Source of the DNA: an uncultured Methanosarcinales archaeon
GTDB taxonomy: Archaea; Nanobdellota; Nanobdellia; Woesearchaeales; CG1-02-33-12
DNA: 56,995 nt
Direction: 5' to 3'
Assembly (NCBI GenBank): GCA_964641515.1
Contig: CAZXME010000001.1
Location: 1-56,995, forward strand
Shown here: positions 51,604-56,995 of the stretch, in pieces
How positions within the stretch are numbered: position 1 is the stretch's first letter
Layout: each line of letters starts with the position of its first letter
Made by a program: the position numbers and the translations under genes
The notes under the pieces: generated by a model
Databases searched by the model: none
What the model saw: only the letters and a program-made list of their open reading frames with translations
Told to the model about the DNA's origin: nothing

Positions 51604-52410
51604 TTAATTTTTAACAGGTTCAAGGTCTTTCCAGACAGAATCAAACATCTTAGTCATAGCTGATGCAAAGAAAGGTGTTTTTATCCATATTCCTAAATCA
51701 TAGGTTGGGTGCACATCTTTATCATCTAAGGCCATAAACCAAAAATCCTTATTATCAATAACACAAAACCTTGCCTGTATATGGTTTATGTTTCTTAGTT
51801 CTGCAATTTTTGATAATTCTTCAGCTATTTTCTGTGAATTAGGGTTTATTGGAGCAGCTATTTTTATTTTAACACCTTTATCATTAAGTTTCTTAAATAC
51901 CTTTTTAAATGATTTATGTTTTCTCTCAAGACCTTCTATTGTAGTCATAAGAACTATGTTATTTTTAGCTTCTTTCATTAATAATCCAAGGTGATTATAA
52001 GAGTTTTGCCTACCTTTCAAAGAGCCGGATAATTCATTTGGCTCAACCATTTTAATACCATTCTTAAATAAAAGGTTTAATTCATTTAATACTCCTGCTG
52101 ATTTCATACTGTCAATAAGTTTTCTTTTGTAAACTGTGTCTTCTTCTATCTTCTTTTTTATCCTTTCAACAACTTCTTCTGGCTGGACAGCAATGTATTT
52201 TATTGGTTTACCAATCTTCATTATAATAAATCCTTTCTTTTCAAGTGATTCAAGAACATCATAACTTCTTGATCTTGGAACATTTGCTATATCACTTAAC
52301 TCACCAGCTGTTGAAATCCCCCTTGATAAAAGGGCTGTCCAAAGCTTTGATTCATAACTATTTAAGCCAAAATCCTTTAATTTCATTAAAAAATCTTTTT
52401 TCACAATCAT
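51604..52410 (-). CDS. TrmB-family transcriptional regulator (paralog 2)
   Basis: It has the same architecture as 24093..24914. The track start at 52422 is TTG. The ATG at 52410 gives MIVKKDFLMKL, matching MIVKEEFLSRL of paralog 1. Confidence 0.85.
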   Translation of the reverse strand: MIVKKDFLMKLKDFGLNSYESKLWTALLSRGISTAGELSDIANVPRSRSYDVLESLEKKGFIIMKIGKPIKYIAVQPEEVVERIKKKIEEDTVYKRKLIDSMKSAGVLNELNLLFKNGIKMVEPNELSGSLKGRQNSYNHLGLLMKEAKNNIVLMTTIEGLERKHKSFKKVFKKLNDKGVKIKIAAPINPNSQKIAEELSKIAELRNINHIQARFCVIDNKDFWFMALDDKDVHPTYDLGIWIKTPFFASAMTKMFDSVWKDLEPVKN

Positions 52411-52489
52411 TTTAAACCCCAATCATTATTTGATTTAATATAGTATTGAATAGTAATAAATAGGTTTAGTATATAAATCTTTCGTTTTT

Positions 52490-52507
52490 TGTTATTTAAA
52501 AGTAACA
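52490..52507. promoter_or_regulatory. Palindrome TGTTA-N8-TAACA (candidate TrmB operator, copy 2)
   Basis: Read directly from the sequence, 80-97 nt upstream of ATG 52410. The half-sites and spacing are the same as at 24979-24996. Confidence 0.4.
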
Positions 52508-52554
52508 AAAAATCAAAAAACATTAAAATATCTCCTAAGGAAACTATACTCACT

Positions 52555-52576
52555 CACCCCTATGTTTCATATGGAC
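52555..52576 (-). promoter_or_regulatory. ORB-like origin recognition box (left, inverted)
   Basis: The reverse complement GTCCATATGAAACATAGGGGTG matches the right box in 17 of 22 positions. It has a dyad-GAAAC-spacer-GGGG layout like archaeal ORB elements. Confidence 0.5.
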
Positions 52577-52962
52577 GTTTTTTATTAAAAAACATTAAAA
52601 AATATGTTTATAATTATATTTTATTTATTACTAATCAAATTAAATTAAAAAATTATAATAATCAAAATTTGATAATTTTAAGATTAATTTACGATTACTC
52701 CTTGTTTATTATTTTAAATTAAAAATATTATTTTTATTTATTTATTAAATTAATTTTTATTTATTAATGTTTATAGTCAATAACCATATTTGTTTTCAAT
52801 ATAGAAAATATATATTTATTATATATGTTTATTGTATATACATATTGTTATATATATATTATAATAATTATTAAAGATAATATAATAACCCAATAAACAT
52901 TTTAATTTACAATAGTATATAAAAATAAGCCCATACTTTTTTATAATATTTTTTGAAATATC
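52577..52962. other. Candidate DNA unwinding element (near-pure A/T)
   Basis: As an example, 52621-52680 contains only 4 G/C in 60 nt. The stretch is bounded by the inverted ORB-like boxes. Confidence 0.5.
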
Positions 52963-52984
52963 TTTCATTTGAAACAAGGGGGTG
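52963..52984 (+). promoter_or_regulatory. ORB-like origin recognition box (right)
   Basis: The sequence is TTTCATTTGAAACAAGGGGGTG. See the left box. Confidence 0.5.
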
Positions 52985-53030
52985 ACAGGCAAAATAATAG
53001 GTTTTTTATAATTTAAACAAGGACCTTATT

Positions 53031-53043
53031 TTCTAGTGGAAAA
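53031..53043 (+). promoter_or_regulatory. Mini-ORB-like TTCTAGTGGAAAA abutting the orc1/cdc6 start codon
   Basis: It resembles the TTCCAGTGGAAA-type dyad core of archaeal mini-ORBs. A further CTCCTAAGGAAAC lies at 52532-52544. Confidence 0.35.
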
Positions 53044-54254
53044 TGGTACAAAAAGGATTAACTGGATTTTTTGAAAAATTCTTAACTAAAGAATCTTTAT
53101 TTAATAATAAAGGAATATTACAATCAACATATTTTCCTGATTTAATACCCCATAGAAATGAACAAATAAATCAAATGGCAAGTATACTTGGTCCTTCATT
53201 AAGGCTTGAAAAACCGTCTAATTTATTTATTTATGGAAAAACAGGTGTTGGAAAAACCCTTTCTGTAAAATATACAGCAGCTAATATGTCTAAAGTAGCA
53301 AAAAAAGAAAATATACCTTTAAAAATTTTTTATATTAATTGCAAATTAAGAAAAGTTGCAGATACAGAATATAGGTTAATAGCAAAGTTAGTAAGGGAAC
53401 TTGGAAAAGATATACCCCCTACAGGCCTTCCAACAGAAGAAGTTTATAACATATTTTTTAGTATAATAGACAAAGAAAAACAACTTTTTATTTTAATTCT
53501 TGATGAAATTGATCAATTAGTTAAAAAAGCAGGGGATGAATTATTATATAATCTTACAAGAATAAACACAGAATTAAAAAATTCTCAAATATCTATTATA
53601 GGTATATCTAATGATCTTATTTTTGTAGATACTCTTGACCCAAGGATAAAATCATCTTTATCCGAAGAAGAAATACTATTTCCACCATATAACGCCCTTC
53701 AAATACAGGATATATTAAATCAAAGGGCAAAAGAAGCATTTAAAAAAGATGTTATTGAACAGGGGGTTATAGAAAAATGTTCAGCTTATGCAGCAAGAGA
53801 ACATGGAGATGCAAGGCGTGCTTTAGAACTTTTGAGAGTTGCGGGGGAATTAGCTGAAAGAAATGGTTATTTAAAAGTTAAAATAAAACATATTGATGAG
53901 GCGGAAGACAAAATAGAAAGGGATAGGGTTCTTGATATTGTAACGACACAACCAAAACAATTTCAGGCAGTAATTTATGCAATACTTTCACTTTATACAA
54001 AAAAAAATAACATAATATTTACAGGAAAAGCATATGAGGTTTATAAGGGAACTTGCTTTAGGTCTGGATTAAGGCCATTAACACAAAGGAGGGTCTCAGA
54101 TATAGTTGCAGAATTAGATATGCTTGGTATAATAAATGCAAAAGTTATCTCAAAAGGCCGTTATGGAAGAACAAGGGAAATATCACCAGCAATATCACCA
54201 TCTTCAGAACCAAAAATCAAAAAAATATTAGAAGAAGGATTAGGATTAACTTGA
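53043..54254 (+). CDS. cdc6: Orc1/Cdc6 replication initiator
   Basis: Walker A GKTGVGKT and Walker B ILDEIDQL are present, with an AAA+ lid and a C-terminal winged helix (RRVSDIVAELDMLGII). Confidence 0.93.
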   Translation: MVQKGLTGFFEKFLTKESLFNNKGILQSTYFPDLIPHRNEQINQMASILGPSLRLEKPSNLFIYGKTGVGKTLSVKYTAANMSKVAKKENIPLKIFYINCKLRKVADTEYRLIAKLVRELGKDIPPTGLPTEEVYNIFFSIIDKEKQLFILILDEIDQLVKKAGDELLYNLTRINTELKNSQISIIGISNDLIFVDTLDPRIKSSLSEEEILFPPYNALQIQDILNQRAKEAFKKDVIEQGVIEKCSAYAAREHGDARRALELLRVAGELAERNGYLKVKIKHIDEAEDKIERDRVLDIVTTQPKQFQAVIYAILSLYTKKNNIIFTGKAYEVYKGTCFRSGLRPLTQRRVSDIVAELDMLGIINAKVISKGRYGRTREISPAISPSSEPKIKKILEEGLGLT

Positions 54255-54286
54255 TTTAATCAAGAATAATTCTTCTTACCTGAAAA

Positions 54287-55876
54287 ATGAAAGGACTTGT
54301 TTTTAAACAAAAAGAGGTAGTAAGCTTTTTTTTAGAAAATAATATTTTCATAAGCCCTGACATTATTAATGAAATAAATATTGAAGATGATATAGAAAAG
54401 TTAAACAGTTTAATATTAAGTAAAATAACCTCTGATGAGTTCTTATTATTAAATAAAGATATATATAATTTATTATTAAATAAAAATATTCTTAATATAA
54501 ATTGGCTTGAATTTGAAAGATTAAAGGTTATTTCTGAAAAGGAAAGGGGTGATAAATTATACAAAAAGTTTATTGATTATATTGTTGGAGAAGAAAAAGA
54601 AACTAAATTAGATATATCTGATGTAAAAATTCTTTTTTCATATAAGGAAGAATCAAAGAAAAGAGAAATTCAAGACTTTGTTTCATTCTTTAATTCAAGG
54701 TATAAAATTTTGGAAAATATACTCAAAAACCGGCAGGAATTGCAAAATATCATGTCCATTAATAGAATTCTTAATAAAAAAGAAAAAGAAAAAATTTCTT
54801 TGATAGGAATTGTTGATGACAAAAAAATAACTAAAAATAATAATATATTATTAAAATTAGAGGATCAGACAGGGTCTATAAGTGTTCTTATTAATAAAAA
54901 CAAAACAGATTTACTTAATATAGCAAAAGATATAGTTTTGGATGAAGTAATAGGTGTAGTTGGTGTAAGTGGGGGAAATATTGTATTTGCAAATAATATA
55001 ATACATCCCGATGTGCCTATAAACAAAGAGTTGAAAAAATCGCCTGATGAAGATTATGCAATCTGCCTTTCAGACCTTCATTTTGGTTCAAGCTATTTTT
55101 TATCAGAGGATTTTAATAAATTTCTTAAATGGATAAATGGGAAAACAGGAAATGAAAATCAAAGAGAAATTGCAAAAAAGGTTAAATATATATTTATTAT
55201 TGGTGATTTAGTCGATGGTGTAGGAATTTATCCAAACCAGGATAAGGAGCTTATTGTAAAAGATATATATGAACAATATAATGGGTGCGCAGAACTTTTA
55301 AAACAGATTCCCCAACATATAAAATTAATAATATGCCCTGGAAACCATGATGCAATGCGTATTGCAGAACCGCAGCCAGTACTTTGCAAAGACTTTGCAG
55401 CTCCAATATGGGACTTACCAAATACAATACTTGTATCAAATCCTGCCTTGGTTAATATTGGTGCAAAAAAAGGGTTTCCTGGATTTGATGTATTAATGTA
55501 TCATGGTTATTCTTTTGATTATTATATGGCAAATGTTGAATCTATAAGAAATAATGGGGGGTATGAACGTGCGGATTTAATGATGAAATTTTTGCTCCAA
55601 AGGAGGCATTTGGCTCCAACACATAAATCAACACTTTACATTCCTGATGTAAAGACAGACCCACTCGTTATAACAAAAATCCCTGACTTTTTTATGACGG
55701 GCCACATCCATTATTCATCTGTCTCAAACTATCGCAATATAACAATGATATGCGGCTCATGCTGGCAGAGTAAGACAGCATTTCAGGAGAAAGTTGGCCA
55801 CCACCCACAGCCTTCAAGGGTTCCAATAATAAATTTGCAGACAAGAGATGTTAAAATATTAAAATTCGGAAAATAA
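54287..55876 (+). CDS. DNA polymerase D (Pol II) small subunit DP1
   Basis: 529 aa. Calcineurin-like phosphoesterase motifs are CLSDLHFGS, IIGDLVDG, PGNHD and GHIH, preceded by an OB-fold-like region. Confidence 0.9.
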   Translation: MKGLVFKQKEVVSFFLENNIFISPDIINEINIEDDIEKLNSLILSKITSDEFLLLNKDIYNLLLNKNILNINWLEFERLKVISEKERGDKLYKKFIDYIVGEEKETKLDISDVKILFSYKEESKKREIQDFVSFFNSRYKILENILKNRQELQNIMSINRILNKKEKEKISLIGIVDDKKITKNNNILLKLEDQTGSISVLINKNKTDLLNIAKDIVLDEVIGVVGVSGGNIVFANNIIHPDVPINKELKKSPDEDYAICLSDLHFGSSYFLSEDFNKFLKWINGKTGNENQREIAKKVKYIFIIGDLVDGVGIYPNQDKELIVKDIYEQYNGCAELLKQIPQHIKLIICPGNHDAMRIAEPQPVLCKDFAAPIWDLPNTILVSNPALVNIGAKKGFPGFDVLMYHGYSFDYYMANVESIRNNGGYERADLMMKFLLQRRHLAPTHKSTLYIPDVKTDPLVITKIPDFFMTGHIHYSSVSNYRNITMICGSCWQSKTAFQEKVGHHPQPSRVPIINLQTRDVKILKFGK

Positions 55877-55877
55877 A

Positions 55878-56995
55878 ATGGAAAAACAAGCAAGTCCTGA
55901 AATTGAGAAGTACTTTAATTCAATAGATAATGAAATAAAACGTTCTTATAAGACTGCAGGGGAGGCAAGAAAAAAGGGTTATGATCCAGAAGAAACTGTT
56001 AGTATTCCTTTAGCAAAAAATATGGCTGAGCGTGTAGAAGGTCTTGTGTCAACTGTTGCGCCGCAGATTATTGGATCTGGAATCTCAAAAAGAATTCTTG
56101 AGCTTGAAAAAAAATATGGTTCACAGGCATGGAGAATTGCTCTTATAATTGCTGAAGAAATTGCTAAGGAAAAATTCTGCAAGTTTAAAGACAAAAAAGA
56201 AGCAATGGAAGTTGGAATTAGGGTTGGATTTGCTTATATTACTATGGGAACTGTTGCTTCCCCCCTTGAAGGATTTGTGAGCCTAGATATAAGGAAAAGA
56301 AAAGACGGAAAGGAGTATTTTGCACTTAAGTATTCCGGGCCTATAAGAAGTGCTGGGGGAACAGGAGGTTCTGTCTCTGTTATTATTGCTGATTATGTAA
56401 GAAAAAAAATGGGTTATGCTCCATATGACCCCACTGAAATAGAAATAAAAAGGATGGTAAGAGAAGCCTATGATTATCATGAGCGTGTAACAAACCTGCA
56501 ATATGTTCCAAGCGAGGAAGAACTTGAATTTTTAATAAAAAACCTTCCTGTTCAGATAGATGGTGACCCAACTGAAAAGATAGAAGTCTCAAACTACAAA
56601 GGTCTTGACAGAATTGAAACAAACAGGATAAGGGGTGGTTATTGTCTTGTTATTGCAGAATGCCTTGCCCAGAAAGCCCCAAAATTGTGGGACAGGCTTT
56701 CAAAATGGGGACATGATTTTAATTTGGAAGATTGGGATTTTTTAGAAGAATTCTTAAAAATACAAAAAAAGATGAAAGCCAGGGGAAAAGTAAATGATAG
56801 AAATCAAAAAATTGCCCCAAATTACACTTTCATACATGATTTAGTTGCAGGAAGACCTGTTTTGGCATTTCCACTGAGGACAGGGGGTTTTCGTTTAAGA
56901 TACGGCCGCTCAAGAAATTCTGGTTACTCATCAGCAAGCCTTAATCCTGCAACAATGATTATATTAAAGAATTATATTGCAACAGGTACACAGCT
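55878..56995 (+). CDS. DNA polymerase D large subunit DP2, N-terminal part (runs off the window)
   Basis: Hand translation from ATG 55878 gives MEKQASPEIEKYFNSIDNEIKRSYKTAGEARKKGYDPEE.... Blocks LKYSGPIRSAGGT, YHERVTNLQYVPS, PVQIDGDPTE, IRGGYCLVIAECLAQKAPK and FRLRYGRSRNSG are DP2 N-terminal signatures. It starts 1 nt after the DP1 stop. Confidence 0.9.
   Translation, partial: MEKQASPEIEKYFNSIDNEIKRSYKTAGEARKKGYDPEETVSIPLAKNMAERVEGLVSTVAPQIIGSGISKRILELEKKYGSQAWRIALIIAEEIAKEKFCKFKDKKEAMEVGIRVGFAYITMGTVASPLEGFVSLDIRKRKDGKEYFALKYSGPIRSAGGTGGSVSVIIADYVRKKMGYAPYDPTEIEIKRMVREAYDYHERVTNLQYVPSEEELEFLIKNLPVQIDGDPTEKIEVSNYKGLDRIETNRIRGGYCLVIAECLAQKAPKLWDRLSKWGHDFNLEDWDFLEEFLKIQKKMKARGKVNDRNQKIAPNYTFIHDLVAGRPVLAFPLRTGGFRLRYGRSRNSGYSSASLNPATMIILKNYIATGTQ

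Noticed and set aside
52489-52930. Track ORF 52489..52722, and possible CRISPR- or satellite-like repeats in the A/T-rich stretch.
   Set aside because: The ORF is low-complexity Asn/Ile/Lys/Leu with a TTG start inside the predicted origin. The short AT repeats (for example AAAAAACATTAAAA at 52515 and 52586) have no regular repeat-spacer periodicity.

Overview
This is an AT-rich archaeal chromosome segment. Archaeal identity is directly supported by Orc1/Cdc6, PolD small and large subunits, RFC small subunit, FEN1, Hjc, an HMf-type histone, TFE, tRNA-splicing endonuclease and Pelota. Very low G+C, compact overlapping genes, bacterial-type add-ons (pta-ackA, fabD, a lysozyme-like domain) and giant surface proteins fit a small-genome DPANN-like archaeon; this is inference only. 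Layout by region: (1) 1-8.8 kb is an envelope-glycan island (AP-superfamily enzyme, GT-C, glycoside hydrolase, GT2, radical SAM/SPASM) with a displaced GT-C 3' fragment and a tRNA-like remnant. (2) 9.1-20.1 kb is a surface-protein operon: four small anchored proteins, an NTase-like protein, 969-aa and 1393-aa adhesin-like proteins, and a soluble paralog of the adhesin cytoplasmic tail. It is followed by MoxR-DUF58-vWA. (3) 23-28 kb holds RNase HII, a TrmB regulator, pta-ackA and Pelota. (4) 28.4-34.9 kb is a five-gene envelope module: an anchored beta-rich protein, a polytopic protein ending in a lysozyme-like domain, and three tandem paralogous lipoprotein-like genes. I consider this the best candidate for an undescribed system. 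(5) 34.9-45.2 kb is an information-processing block, including a Trm5-type methyltransferase interrupted by an EndoIV/xylose-isomerase-like TIM-barrel insertion. (6) 45-52 kb holds PmbA/TldD, TyrRS, an orphan FabD and a second TrmB. (7) 52.4-53.0 kb is a predicted oriC (inverted ORB-like boxes around a nearly pure A/T stretch), followed by orc1/cdc6 and polD. No rRNA, complete tRNA, CRISPR array, transposase or integrase was recognised. The ORF track allows GTG/TTG starts, so several starts were trimmed to a downstream ATG that fits homolog N-termini or a Shine-Dalgarno-like purine run. All family calls are by-eye motif recognition, not database searches.
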